From the human T2T-CHM13v2.0 reference genome, Homo sapiens: 64,000 nucleotides of DNA. The notes below the pieces were generated by a model, which did no database searches, was not told where the DNA came from, and worked only from the letters and a program-made list of their open reading frames with translations. The stretch is taken from assembly GCF_009914755.1 (NCBI RefSeq), contig NC_060930.1, one strand, 5' to 3'. The position numbers and the translations under genes were made by a program. Below are positions 29,433-47,398 of the stretch, piece by piece (within the stretch, counting starts at the first letter, position 1; each line of letters begins with the position of its first letter).

Positions 29433-30832
29433 GTTTTCTTTACTTTTTAAAAATTAAGATCCTGATTTTACAAATGAAGAAAGCTCAAAGATGAAGTTAC
29501 ATGTCCAAGGTCACATAGCTGAAGAGAGAATTTGCCGGGCTGCTGGATCTTGTTTTTTCCATTTGCCGTACTAAATCATGTGCTACAATATTTGTGGTTT
29601 TCCTCAACTCCACAGAGCTTGCTTCTCTGAAATTCCTATTCCTTGCTAACCCCTAATTTTGTATGTGAACCATTGGAGACAGGGAGCACAAAAGGACAGC
29701 AAGAGAGAAAGCAATAAACTAAGTAGAGAAAGGAAGGATCCTCCTGGTCCTTATGCCTTTGAGTGATGATGTAAGAAAATCATGTGAAGTTCACCTGGGT
29801 GAGCCTTTACCCTCCAGGCACTCGAGGGCCCATACCCCACACCAGGAGAGTTGAGGCATTCCTCATCTTGATTTTGAATTGATGCTTGAGTGGGGGTACT
29901 TAAGTATTAATTGAAACGTGCTGAATTCCCAACATAAATGGAAATTCTCAGGTGACTTTGAATGGCAAAAATCAGTCCTTTCTAGACAATTAATGAGTAG
30001 ATATAGAATTTCCATCCAAAAGTTGTAGAAAAGTGGTTAGAAGGGAGTTGGGTATTTGGCAGTTAGGCCTGGAGTTTACTTTCTGGGTCAGAACCAATGT
30101 CCTGAGTTCATGCAGAAATCACATTTGATCTTCACTAAAAATTAAGCAGGACCAGCATGAGGGTGGATAGAGAGTATGTTGTATCTTCTGTAGTTACAGC
30201 ATAACTTCCTTTCCCCATGTAGCATTAACGGGGGAATGGAGGGGACTCCGGAGATCACAGGAAGAGTTTGTTCAGATAGAGACGTTTACCCCTTGAACTG
30301 TTTCCAACCCTGGCTGTTGTATATTATTCTAAAGAGACTACATTAGATATTTAGGGAAAAATTAAGGATAGTATAAAGTTAGCATAAGAAGAACTTTTGT
30401 GCAGGGTCTACACAGAAGAAATCACATGAAGAGTTTAAAAAGTATTTTTTAAAAAGTTAAAATTTTGAAATATGTTCTTGAAATTCTGGATTCAGTATAG
30501 TCAGAGATTTACTATCAGTGGTGTTGAAGAAATTCTTGGTATATTCTTCAGCAACAGAGTGGCTATGATAATGGAAAAAGGTTAGAATTTAGTGAATTTC
30601 AGAAGTAAAGAATTTTGATAGAAAAGAACAACTGAAGTTCTTTGGATTTCTATGTAGCATTTCTGTTTAACGAGTTATCATTATAGAAACATAATCTAGT
30701 AAAGGAAAATATTTTTCAAGTTTTACTCCAAGAATTCATTTGAGATAACTGTGGCAGGATCCACATAAAACTTATTAGCCAAGGATTCTACTTAGTTCCA
30801 GTTGAAAGCAAAACAGTAATAACCCAAAATAA

Positions 30833-31216
<384 letters not shown>

Positions 31217-31969
31217 TGACTAACGCCTATATTCTCATAGATGCTCTGTTTATGCTTCATTTTCTTGTTTCTTTTTTATTCCCCCTTTCTCTGCTGAAAG
31301 AATTATGAAGAAGGAAGAAAATTTGAAAGGAATAGAGGAAAATAGGAAGGAAAAATAGAGGAAAAAAGGAAGAAGGAAGGAAGAAAGGAAGGCAGGCAGG
31401 CAGGGAGCAAGGAAGGAAGAGAGAAAAAGGAAAAAATGCCCCAGAGGCAAATGACATATTTTCAAAGCTACTTCTTCTAGGCTGGTAATTTCCCAGTGCC
31501 CTGACCTTGCATTCCAGACTTCAATAAATAAACGGGAATGATGCCAATGATCGAGACGCCAACAGCAGCCCTTTTCTAGGGCTGACATCGACTGCCACAT
31601 CACTCACAGCATGTGGACCAAAATATGAGACAAGCTGGGCATGCATTCAGACATTTTATTTGTGTCTTTTAGAAAGCATTTATATTTCCTATAAATCCAT
31701 TTACATGTCAGTATCGTAGTGAGAAATGCACGCACTATGAGAAGGCCTTGAAACATCAGGAGCTGCAGCACTCTTAGAGCAGACTTGACAGCTGCACTGG
31801 GTGTGAGATATCAGCATCTTTAATGTATGCCAGCCTTGCATGGGTTTGGTTGGGACGTCCTCATCTGAGAAGACGTGGCCCCCAAATGAATAGGGAGGCA
31901 CTCACGTTAATTTTTCTCAACTAGTATCTGAAGGGTTGTCATGCTCTCTCTGCTTTCTAATGTACATAG

Positions 31970-32043
31970 AGGTGTCTACATGCAAACGGATAGCAGCTGA
32001 GACACGCTGTGTAACTTGCAGCTTACATGTAAATAATTCGGAG
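31970..32043 (+). other. Candidate 74-nt exon (unverified)
   Basis: Acceptor 'ctctctctgctttctaatgtacatag|', donor 'GAG|gtgagt'. Confidence 0.25.
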
Positions 32044-32590
32044 GTGAGTACTGCGATGCAGTTACACGTCGTAACCACCTGAATTTTATGGGGGAACCTT
32101 CTGCACGTATTCATGCATGAAGAACACACATTTGAACAGGGGCATAGGCAGTGTTTGTCAAGCTCTGGAATGTGGATGACAAAGGACATCTTAAAATTCC
32201 TTGATTTGGGGCCAATGACAAGCAAGACATTTACAGATTTAGATGACTTGTCAATCCCAAGCTGGAATTCATAAAATTGGCTGGTCTGTTTAAAGCTGCC
32301 TCTTTCTGGAAGCTTCCTCTGCACACTCTAGCTACAGCAGGGCCTTACCATGGCTCATTGTCCCACCAGTCCCTTCCACTGCTCTTGTTCCTGGTCTCAT
32401 AGGCTACACACAACCACTATCATCTTTCTCCACCATTTGTCTAGAAGAGGGAGGGGACTCTGCCTAGGTCTCATCATTGTGTATGAATTGACAGAACAGT
32501 GCCCAGTTTACAGGCAGTGCTGAACACAGATCAGTTAAATGAATGAATATGATCTTTACTATTAGGTTTCTGGTGATTTTCTAAAGTCTA

Positions 32591-33300
<710 letters not shown>

Positions 33301-34911
33301 GCAGGAACCACAGGACACCTCTAACTGTCCTTAAGAGTGTAATTATAGCTCTTTGGCCACTCCCTGTACTAAAAGGAGGAGTGGAGAATTTGGAGAGGAT
33401 GTAGGCAAAACCACTGTGAGCAATCAAAGTATCAAAGGAATTAACTCATCTAGGAATGCATGTTCCTTATTCTGCAGTACCTGGAAGGGCTTTTGGTGTG
33501 TGACAGCAATGTGAAGCGTCTTTACATCTTAATTCTAAGAGACAGCAGCCACGATGTGGGAAGAACTTCCTAGTTAAATGTGCTCTGAAAAGTTGGACTG
33601 TACTGTCGAGGGAGACTATGGGAGTTTCTTTGTTCAGAAACACTTAAGAAAGTACTCATAGGCCCACATTAAGTAAGTGATGCCTACAGGTGTCTTCTGT
33701 TTCTGTGAATTGGTGTGGAGAACCCAATGTTTATTGAGTGCCTATGTGCTGAGTTAGGCATGACTCTCTCTTTCTCTGTCTCCTCTCTCTCACACACACT
33801 TACTTTAACATAGGAGGAAACTGCATCCTGAGAGGCTCATATAACTACTTTGACCCCACTAGTCTTGGAAGAGCTGAAACTCCCTCCTAGATTGAACTGT
33901 ACAGCCCACCAGCTTTCTACTGACTCGTGTTAGAGAGCAGTGGGCAAAGAGTACAAACTGCATTGAGGTTCTCTACTCACAGCGTTGCCTTACAACACAT
34001 CAAAAATGCACCTCCTGAAAGGTTATCGCTGCACCCATTGCAATCCTGATCTGAAAGTTCACAGTACTTGTTTGTCCTGTCTACCAGCAACCCTTCAGAA
34101 AGAGTCTCCATTGACTTATTTCAGAGGCAACAAAATGAGCTTCAGGGAGAGATGGTGTAGGTCCGTGGTCCGATTGGTGTCCAACGCTGGTCTCAAATGT
34201 CTCAGTTGTCCTTGTCTTTTGAGATCAGAATCCACAGATTTTCATTTCTGATGCACCAGATCAAGGACTAGTCCCCCTTGGCTGCTCCCCAGTCAGACAT
34301 GATAAAGGTGCCTCATCACCCACTGGAGAGGTGTCTTCAGGGGGAAGTCAAGATTACAACTAAGTATCTTTTGGGTCAAAATGTTTGTAAAGTATTATGA
34401 GGAGATGAATTTGTCCAAATACTCAAATTTTGTGCTTTGTAAAACACAGTAGGTTGTATAATATAGACGAGACGCCTTGCCACATCAGTAATTCCCCCCA
34501 TATTCACACGGTGCCCCTGTTCCTTGGAAGACATGGTATTTTTTTAATAGCTCATGTTGGGCCCACAGGATTCCTGAAAAGTGCAGTGGTCTGTCCTGTC
34601 CTCCTTTTAGAGACTAATACCCAGCCTCAGTTCCAACACCGAGCAGGAGTGACAGTGGAGTGTTCCCACACTGGATGTTCAGGGGAATTAACAAAGATGA
34701 GTGATGGCCTCCCAAGTGGTTAAGGGGGTGCCTGTGTACAGCGTTGTAGGAGCAAAAAATGTGATGGGGTGACAAATTTAAAGGAAAACAAAAAGAGGAA
34801 GAGAGAAAAACGGAGATTTGTAAAAAGCAAGAGAGAAAATGAGATGTCCCACTGCCCCTGAATACCCAAAGGGGCGTGCTGAAGTACCTCAGGGATATGA
34901 TTCTATGCTAT

Positions 34912-35684
<773 letters not shown>

Positions 35685-35689
35685 TACTT

Positions 35690-35950
<261 letters not shown>

Positions 35951-35974
35951 ACATGTTACTATTGGGCCCTAAAC

Positions 35975-36160
35975 TAGTGCTTTATGCGAATCATCTTTTT
36001 TAATTCTCACAGCCACCCTAACTGGTAGGTACTATTATCATCCACATTTTTCAGAGGAGGAAACTGAGGCACACAAAAGTTGAATAACTTACTCAAGCCC
36101 ACCAGCTCGTAAAAGACACAGCTGGGATTAGAACTCAGGTAGAACTGACCCAAGGATTTT
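35975..36160 (-). mobile_element. MIR
   Basis: Core 'attatcatccacatttttcagaggaggaaactgaggcacacaaaagttgaataacttactcaag'. Confidence 0.8.
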
Positions 36161-37741
36161 CTATTTCCTTCCAGTTGCTGAAAAATCACTAAACTCATGA
36201 GGCAATTTCATAAGTCTATATCTTGTCTGGGTTGCTAGTAATTAGCAATCATTACATGAAATCTGACATGTGAAAGTGAAACACAATTGGAAGACGTTTT
36301 GTGACATGGATGTAAAGTATATATTTCTTGAGGGTAGAGTTGTTTCACTGCCACTGTGTTCTACATTTAGGCCTTTGCTGAGGTTGGAAGTATTCAAATA
36401 GATAGATAAAGTCACATCATAATCCCATGTATCAAGTGTCATGGAAGAGTACGCAATCAGGCTTTTGATGAATCCCACGTTTCACTTGCAATCTGCAGAT
36501 TTCCATATGCTGTGGCTCAGCGATTTGCACTGGCTTCTCAAGCAAATCAGTCATGACTCCAGGCGTGACTCCAGACTGAAATCACTCTTGTCGATATACC
36601 TGAAAACAGAGGTTTCCAGCACTGGAGAGAAGCTTTGGTGCGGGGATGGGCTCAGAGGGTCCCGACAGAGGGTGACACTTGCATGGTTGCAGAAGGAAGC
36701 TCGCTGCAGTCTGAGTGTGTCTCCGTGGAGCTCGGCATTTGGACACAGCTCACACGCATGAGTGATGCTCTTCCACCTGCATCTTCTGGCACTTGCACTG
36801 TGGGGGCCTTCCTCAAAGCCGTGCGCCTCCATCTCAGGGCAACATAGGGCAACTTCTTTCTTCTACTCACATTCTGAATGAAATACATTAATAACTGGCT
36901 TAAAAGAATCCAATCCTTTATCAAAAGACTCCAGCATTTTTCCTTCCATTGACTGCTACCTGATATTGAGGAAGGTATAAGGTGTCAGATTCCTGCTGGG
37001 ACTGGCAGAGAGGGGCAGAGGGAGGCAGGACGGGCTGCTGGGGTGGAGAGTGCAGACAGAAGCCTGCCATCCGCCGGAGTCTGTGAGCTTCAGGGTCCAC
37101 ACGAGCCTCACGGAGAGACAGGCGGCTGCTCCGTCCATCTTCTAACCTGGCTGGCATCGCAGATGCCCGTGCCCAGGGCAGCAGCCATAAAGGCCGTGGC
37201 ACCTTCTTGCATCTCTAAGTGTGTGGCATTGTGGCTGCCTTTGATTGTTTGGCGGTTTGCTGTGTTCTCTGAGTGTTTTTCCACACATCTGAAGGGCGAT
37301 TCTTTGTCAACTGCTACTGTCTTGCTAAAGAATCAGCAATTCACACATATAATAAAGCTCACAACCAAAAAAAGCACATTCACATTTTTTTTCTTTCATT
37401 TTTCTGCCTGAGTACCTCTACCGTGGAAAACCTCCATCTTGTCATATATGGGCAAGCATTCATGGATTTCAAGTCATGTTTTTGCAGGCAGATGACTGTG
37501 TAAGTCCTACATGGCCACCCTGCCAGTGTTTCAAGCAGGCCTCTATCATGTGCTGACCTATGGCTAGGGGTCCCTGGTTTCTCCCACCTTCTTCCTGATG
37601 GCCAGGCATACATTCCTGCCCTAAGACTGGAAGGCTGGCAGACCAGCTCAGGTCAGCTGGTTCAAGAAGGGGGAAAGTTTTGCTCATGTCCAAGAGATAA
37701 CGTAAGATGTTCCTGAAGCTAAACTTCTCTTAGACAGGACA

Positions 37742-37755
37742 CCTGCAGATGGCAC
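37742..37755 (+). promoter_or_regulatory. Candidate CTCF motif
   Basis: CCTGCAGATGGCAC is close to the CTCF core. Confidence 0.35.
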
Positions 37756-37864
37756 CTTTGCTAACCTTGATTGTGCCTTGAGATATTCACCTTTCCTTCA
37801 GAGTGAATGCTCCTATCACCTATATCACACTTCATATGATGTAAGATACAATTTATATATTCTT

Positions 37865-38060
37865 GCTCATTTACTCATTTATTCATTTATAGATTTACCC
37901 AGCAAATACTGATCAAGTGCTGAGACATGCTAGGTGCTGGGCTAGGTGTGGAATACAATGGTAAACAAGATTGAGAAAGTTCCTGCCCTCAGGGAGCTTA
38001 TAGTCAGTCATGGGCAAGTAAACAGGTCATTATAACACAGCAGTGCCCTAAGTGCTATTG
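37865..38060 (-). mobile_element. L2 3' end
   Basis: (CATT)-like tail, then 'gtgctgggctaggtgtggaatacaatggtaaacaaga...cctgccctcagggagcttatagtc'. Confidence 0.75.
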
Positions 38061-38507
38061 CTCTATGTGTGGGAAAACAGGCAACCTGGGGAGCCATGGT
38101 TAAGAGGGACGGAGAAATAACACGAATGTGGTGAGGCAGGGTGGTATCCCCAGAGCTGAGACCTTGCAATGGCTAGGATGTTGCTAGAAGAAGGAAATGG
38201 AAGCAAGTTCCAGAGCTCAGAAAACATTCTGAGATGGAACTAGAAGAACCTGGATGTGAAGCGGGAGGGCCAGGGAGGCCACGGAGATGGCTGCTGGTTT
38301 CAGGTTTGGGCCACAAGTAGATCAATGAAGAAAGAGGAATCCAGAAGTTCCAGTCCGAGGGTGTGTGGGAGGAGGGTGAGTTTCAGAGTCATTAATGGGC
38401 CTTTTCTTCAGTAATTCAGAATACTCCTAAGTGAGTATGGCCACTTGGATACCTGGAAATATTCATGGCTCCAGGTAGCTACCAAGAGAAGACTTCATTT
38501 TAATTCT

Positions 38508-38900
38508 TGTCAGGAACTGTGAAGGATCCAAGATTTTGCTTTCTTTGCAAGCTAACAAGTTAGTCTGCTCAGTTTTACGGAGGCCAGGAGAAGACCAGAG
38601 GTTCCTGGGTCAGAGACAAAGGACCATGCATTATTTACAGCAATATCTTTTTTCCTGTGCTGGTTTCTCAAATCCCAGTTCTCACAGGGTGGTTTGAAAT
38701 GGACCAGATGGCAGCTGCACATGGCATGGGTTGCATTACAGGTGTGAGGACCCTGACTTTAGGGAATCTGAGTCTTTTATAATGGGCCGTGAGCAGGCCT
38801 GCCATTGTCAACAGAGGGAGACATTGTCTTTGTTATAAGCAAACTTCCCCTCTGCTGCGGAAAGAGACAGTATCTCTATCTTCCAAGGCTGTTCACTGTA
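38508..38900 (-). mobile_element. ERVL LTR (MER74/MER54-like)
   Basis: 'tgtcaggaactgtgaagg...ttgcaagctaacaagttag...cctgggtcagagacaaaggac' resembles this LTR group. Subfamily uncertain. Confidence 0.6.
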
Positions 38901-38929
38901 CGATTATTATTGTAACTATGTTATGAAAC

Positions 38930-39064
38930 ACAGGGCATTAATCCATCCATGAGGGTAGAGTCCTTAGGACCTAATCACTGCCTAAAGGTCCCACCTCTTA
39001 ACACTATTACACTGACAATTGAAGTTCAACATGAGTTTTGGAGAGAACAGTGAAACCACAGCAG
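38930..39064 (-). mobile_element. MaLR (MST/MLT1A) 5' fragment
   Basis: 'taatccatccatgagggtagag...cctaatcactgcctaaaggtcccacctcttaa...caacatgagttttggagag..aaaccacagca'. Confidence 0.7.
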
Positions 39065-39199
39065 AATGATAGCAATTTTCACCAACTTCTGTTTAATTGC
39101 TTAACCTGTTCTCTCTTGGGATTGTCAGTAAATGCACTGCTCTTGGGGAAAAATGTGGTGAGAGCAAACACAGAGAGAATGGATAAGAAATACTGAATG

Positions 39200-39818
<619 letters not shown>

Positions 39819-40227
39819 GAAATATTGACTGCTAAAATCTACGTTTTCCCATGTATTTAATGTGAGCAATTATGATTAGCTAATCTCAATGCTTATTTGT
39901 AGAGTATATCATTAACTGGAAAGAAATAAACCTTGAGCCACTGAAGAAATGGCTTTTTCTATAAATTAAATAGTCTTTCAAACATAACAAATGTTTTTAG
40001 GAACTACGAAATTTTTAAATTTAATACTAGATCAAATCAGCAGATAAACATTTTATGTGGTTCCTTTTAGATGTGGTACACATTATTTAACAAGGTAGTT
40101 AAAACCTGTTTTATTAAATCATATCATAAAATTTTTATTCCCAGTGCAATCAATACTCATATTTTATATTATAAAGTGTTTAATATTTTCCACCTCTTAT
40201 TAACAACAAATTAAAATTGTTTGCTAG

Positions 40228-40581
<354 letters not shown>

Positions 40582-41021
40582 TAATATTTTCTATCTATAG
40601 CCATATCTACGTTTAAGCTTTTCACTTTCTTGACAATGTTTGATCATGAATAAAGTTATTTCTCTTTATTACATGACTCTTACTTAATTATTCACAGATG
40701 CCAAACACTGGGGTGCATTTTAATGCATGCACACATGTGTACCCACCAAAGGACTCCAGGCTATCCTTGCTTCATAAATAACTGTAATTTCAGCAACACA
40801 TAATATTCCTTTATTACAAATCAAGTACAAGAACAGGTAGATTTATTTTAGTTTGTTAAACTTTGTGAAATGGTTAAATGAATATTCTATGTCATTCTGA
40901 TCCTGACTGTTTTTCATAACTCATCTTGCAAGATAGATATCTACTTTTTAGTGACCCCCAACAATATTCCTTGGAACACATGTTAGCATATTTTTACATT
41001 AACAATATTCACTTCCTCTGA

Positions 41022-42340
<1,319 letters not shown>

Positions 42341-42351
42341 TATTTCTGTCA

Positions 42352-42720
<369 letters not shown>

Positions 42721-43998
42721 TCACTTTTTGCTACTACTTAAGCCTAGGTAAAATTTTATGATGGACTTAAACACTTGTGAGGAGGTACATTGTTTTCAAA
42801 ATTTTGTATGTGGGGAATATATTATTAGGAAAACAGTTTGAAGACCACCACTCCATACCATTCCAATAGTAAGCATTCTATTCACTTGCTATTTTACTCA
42901 AGAGATTTTGCCAGTATGCTCTTGGAAGAGTTCAACATTGCCATAGATCATAGGGAAAATGATTACTTATTTCTGTGTCTGCTTAGTTTTCTGTGTGCTT
43001 TTTTCCTCTGCCATTATCCCAGGCTAACGTCTACGGTGCAGGGTGAGGGAGGGTGGCATCTGCCTGCCGGCTGTTGGGGAATTTCCCTAAGTTTCTGCTT
43101 TGTACCCAGACTCCGTCTTCATGAAGCCAGAGCCGCCCAAGCTTCAGGAACTGGACTCCGATTCCTCAGAACAACATCCTCTCCAAGGCTGGGGTGTGCG
43201 CTGACTTGTGTAGACACAAGACTATAATGCAGACCGTTTGAGAATCAACACACAATGGGGTCTTTATTTTCCTACTTGTGTAATCGCTGAGCAAGTCATA
43301 TCATCTCCTGGAGCCTTAATTTTCTCATTTGTAAAATGAGGATTTACAAAGCATCTTTCACCTGTCTCTTCAGGATTATAGCTGAAGTAGGGAAAGAAAG
43401 CTCTTTGAAAAGTTTAATGCAATTTGAAACATGAAAATCTTCAAGGTCCTAAAATTGGGGGGCATGCTGAAGGAAATTCAGTATCATTCCTTTCTGTAAT
43501 ACATTCATCTTTAAAAATAAAACAAAAAAAGACCACAAGTTTGGCGCGGAAAAACACCAAGGGTAACGTAGCATGTGTGTTTCTGGGAGGAAGGAGAAGG
43601 GAGGGTTAAAGAGTTCCTGGGAAGAAGCCCAACTTCTTGGCTGAAATTTACTGAAAGCCTTTGCCCGGCATGATCTTGCTCTCTTGTGCTCATGACAAAG
43701 AAATGTAACCTTTGGCCAATTGCATTTTTGTTCCACTGGTAACTAGGTTAATGTGAACAGACAGGTCTGGTGAGACAGCATGGGAAGAAATAACACATGG
43801 GCTTTTGTGCAGCTGGATATAATGAAGGTAAATTGGGTGGAATTCAAAGATTTGCCAGAAAAAAGAGAGATGATTTCACTCTAAAATCATTTTGCAAGAT
43901 AATATTTTACAAGGAACCTTTTGGACATGCATTATAAGCGGTTACATTCCCATTGTCCTAAAAAACTCCCTGCATAGTTGTACTCTATTTTTATCAAG

Positions 43999-44060
43999 CC
44001 ATGCTCTGACGCCTCCTGCCTGGTTGGCGATAATCCCTAATGCAAAGGGATCGTGTGAAG
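43999..44060 (+). other. Candidate 62-nt exon (unverified)
   Basis: Acceptor 'tactctatttttatcaag|', consensus donor 'AAG|gtaagt'. Three CpGs in an AT-rich context. Confidence 0.3.
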
Positions 44061-44585
44061 GTAAGTGAAGTCGTTTTGTTAATGTTGTTTATAAAGAAGC
44101 ACTGAGCTTCTACTTTGTGCAGAGAGCTTTACAAATATTCATATGAGCTTTATGAATATTTACAAATATTGGCGCATTAAAAAAATAAAATGTGCTCATT
44201 TTAAATATAATAATGTAGGTGTCATTGCTATCCCCGTTTTACCATTGCAGAAATGGAATTTCAGAGGTGTCAGGGGCCAGCTCAAGGTCACTGATGAATC
44301 AGGACCCGCTTATCCAGCTCTCTCTGCCTTCAGAGCTCTCTTGACTTTTCTGCATCACTTCCTTTACCAGGAATGATATTTAAATTATTCCAAAATGTAA
44401 AATATAGTTAGTTTTCCAGGCAGTTGTATTTATTTCTGGATTTTTTTTTCCCTAAATAAAACCTGTATCTACATGAAAACTCCTCCAGGATTTCCTTTCC
44501 TCATGAAGTGTGTGGTTTCCTCAAGGACTGCCTGGGAGGCCCTGAGGCCGACCCACTCCTCCCAGCAATGACTTGGGGAGGAGGG

Positions 44586-45226
44586 AGTGGGGGAAGACAG
44601 AGAGCAGGGGGGTGGGATGGGAGGGCAGAGAGGAGGGGGAGGGATGGGAGGGCAGAGAGGAGGGGGAGGGATGGGAGGGCAGAGAGCAGGGGGCGGGATG
44701 AGAGGGACAGAGAGGAGGGGGCAAGATGGGAGGGACAGAGGGCAGGGGCCAGGATGGCATGGCAGAGGGGAGGGGGCGGGGTAGGAGGGCAGAGAGGAGG
44801 AGGCCGGATGGGAAGTACAGAGAGGAAGGGGCGGGATGGGAGCACAGAGAGGAGGGGGAGGGATGGGAGGACAGAGAGGAGGGGGTGGGATGGGAGGACA
44901 GAGAGGAGGGGGTGGGATGGGAGGGCAGAGATGAAGAGGCAGAATGGGAGAGCAGAGAGCAGGGGAGCAGGATGGGAGAGACAGAGAGCAGAGGCTGGGA
45001 TGGGAGGGCAGAGAGGAGGGGGCGAGATGGGAGGGCAGAGAGCAGGGGGCAGGATGGGAGGGCAGAGAGCAGAGGGTGGGATGGGAGGGCAGAGAAGAGG
45101 GGGCAAGATGTGAGGGCAGAGAGCAGGGGAGTGGAATGGGAGGGACAGAGAGCAGGGGCCGGGATGGGAGGGCAGAGAGGAGGAGGCGGGATGGGAGGGC
45201 AGAGAGCAGGGGGCGGGATGGGAGGG
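44586..45226. repeat. G-rich 27-bp minisatellite, about 23-24 units, consensus GGGATGGGAGGGCAGAGAG(G/C)AGGGGG(A/C)
   Basis: Directly visible. The overlapping ORFs show a 9-aa periodicity (GRDGRAERR). Confidence 0.95.
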
Positions 45227-45869
45227 CCTGCTGTGTGCCCTCATCAGGTGGATTTCATTCGCTGGGATGGAAGAGGAGGCATGGCATAGAGACATGAAGT
45301 TCTAGAATGTTTTTGGCCACTCTCTGCAAACTCAAGACTTTTTTAGGGGGGGTGGGCGGAGAGTGCAAATAATGCCTTTTTGGAGTTGTAATTGCTCCCT
45401 GGGAGGGTTAAATTTTTAATGATTTGTAATGTCCTGGTAGGTTCCTGCATTCATGAACTGCTTGGGTGAATGGCTGTGATTTGGAAGTGAGGATGGGAGA
45501 GAAAGAGAGAAAGGCATGATGGGAACGTGGGTCAAATTGAAACTCCTGCTCTGACCTCATCCCTTCCGGGGGATGACTCTTATTATCCTGGTTGGCTACT
45601 TGCAGGCATGTCTATACACAGGCCACCTGGATTAAGAGCCATTCCTCAGGGTCTCCTGGCTATTGAAATGTCTGTATCTGTAAGAGTAGCTTTCAGTGTC
45701 TGAAATTGGCCTTTCCTCTCTCTCTATGTGTTAGGTTCCACCTGGTATTCACTTAGGGAGACCGGTCACCCTCTGCAGCTCTGTCTCACTACTGGGTACA
45801 GTGAAGAGGTTTACAAGCTTGGTAGCAGTGCCTATGAAAATAACAACTAGGATGCTTCTGTTACCATCA

Positions 45870-46401
45870 CAGTCACCCCCATTATCCAAGGGGGATACGT
45901 TCCCAGACCCTCAGTGTATGCTGAAATCACGGGTAGTACCGACCTTATATATGCTGTTTTTTCCTACACATACATGCCTATTACGAAGCTTAACTTATAA
46001 ATTAAGCAAAGTAAGACATTCACAACAGTGCTACAGCAGAGCAGGTATAATGGTGCGAGGACCACGACACAAGCTACGTGAATGTGGACTCCCGCTCTCT
46101 CTAAATATCTCATTGTCCTGCGCTCATCCTTCTTCTTGTGATCTATAGCTCTGCTATCCCAGATGGCTACTAAGTGACTTCTGGGCGCGTGGTGTCTACA
46201 GCGTGGAGATGCCAGACAAAGGGAGGATCCACATCCAGGTGGGAGGGTGTGAGATTTCATCGCACAACTCAGAACAGTGAGCAATTTAAAACTTAGGAAG
46301 TGTTGAGCTGGTATTTTCCATTTAATATCTTCGGGCCTCGGTTGACTGTGAGTACCAGAGACTGCAGGAATCGAAACCATGGATAAGCGGGGACTCCTGT
46401 A
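45870..46401. mobile_element. MER44/Tigger7-like DNA transposon
   Basis: Terminal inverted repeats 'cagtcacccccattatcc' and 'ggataagcggggactcctg', followed by TA. Confidence 0.75.
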
Positions 46402-47098
46402 TGCGCTTTGGCAGTGACTGGTGGCGTGGATGCCACAAGGCAGGGGAGCCTGGGCTAGGCTGGTTGCTGTCTGGAAAAGGGGCCCCCTTTGGCTTTTTAC
46501 ACAGGTATGGCCAAGGGATGTGACCTCACCTGAGCTGGGACAGGCTGTGTATAAAAACCAAGCATCATAATTCTGACATCGTATATTAATGTGTTCCTGA
46601 AAGGAATATTAAATAATGCCTTTCTCAAAGTAGTAACATTAGTGTATCTACTAAGCTCACCTAAGCAGGGCTAGTCTGTGACATGCAGAAAATAAGCATA
46701 ACGTAGTCAAAGGCATATTTTGAAAGTGACCATTATGCAACTATTAAAATAAATAATACCTTTCCCCAAATAGGAACACTAGTATATCTACCAAAGGCAG
46801 GTTGCTGGTGACTACTTGATTGGTAAACATTTGTTTATTCTTCCCTTGTAATTGACACAGTAATTATATGAGCCCACATCTATCCTCATCCGTTTAAATA
46901 CAGAGCTGGTGTGAGTCGTACTAAGTCAGGATGATGGTATGTGGGTCCGTGATGCTATATTCCATGGGTTAATATAATCTGCACATCATTTAACTAATCC
47001 ACTGAGGGAGCTGGTCTGTCCCAGAAGTTTTGTTATTAAATGGAATAGTCAATGTTCTTGTTTTCTTACAAATTCACTTACAGGGAGAATTCTGTTAA

Positions 47099-47398
<300 letters not shown>

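Noticed and set aside
36551-36832. - strand ATG ORF ending near CAG|GTATAT as an alternative first coding exon
   Set aside because: Weak donor, no recognisable protein and no promoter evidence.
44501-45297. Overlapping 117-264 aa ORFs on both strands
   Set aside because: Artefact of a 27-bp (3n) repeat unit lacking stops.
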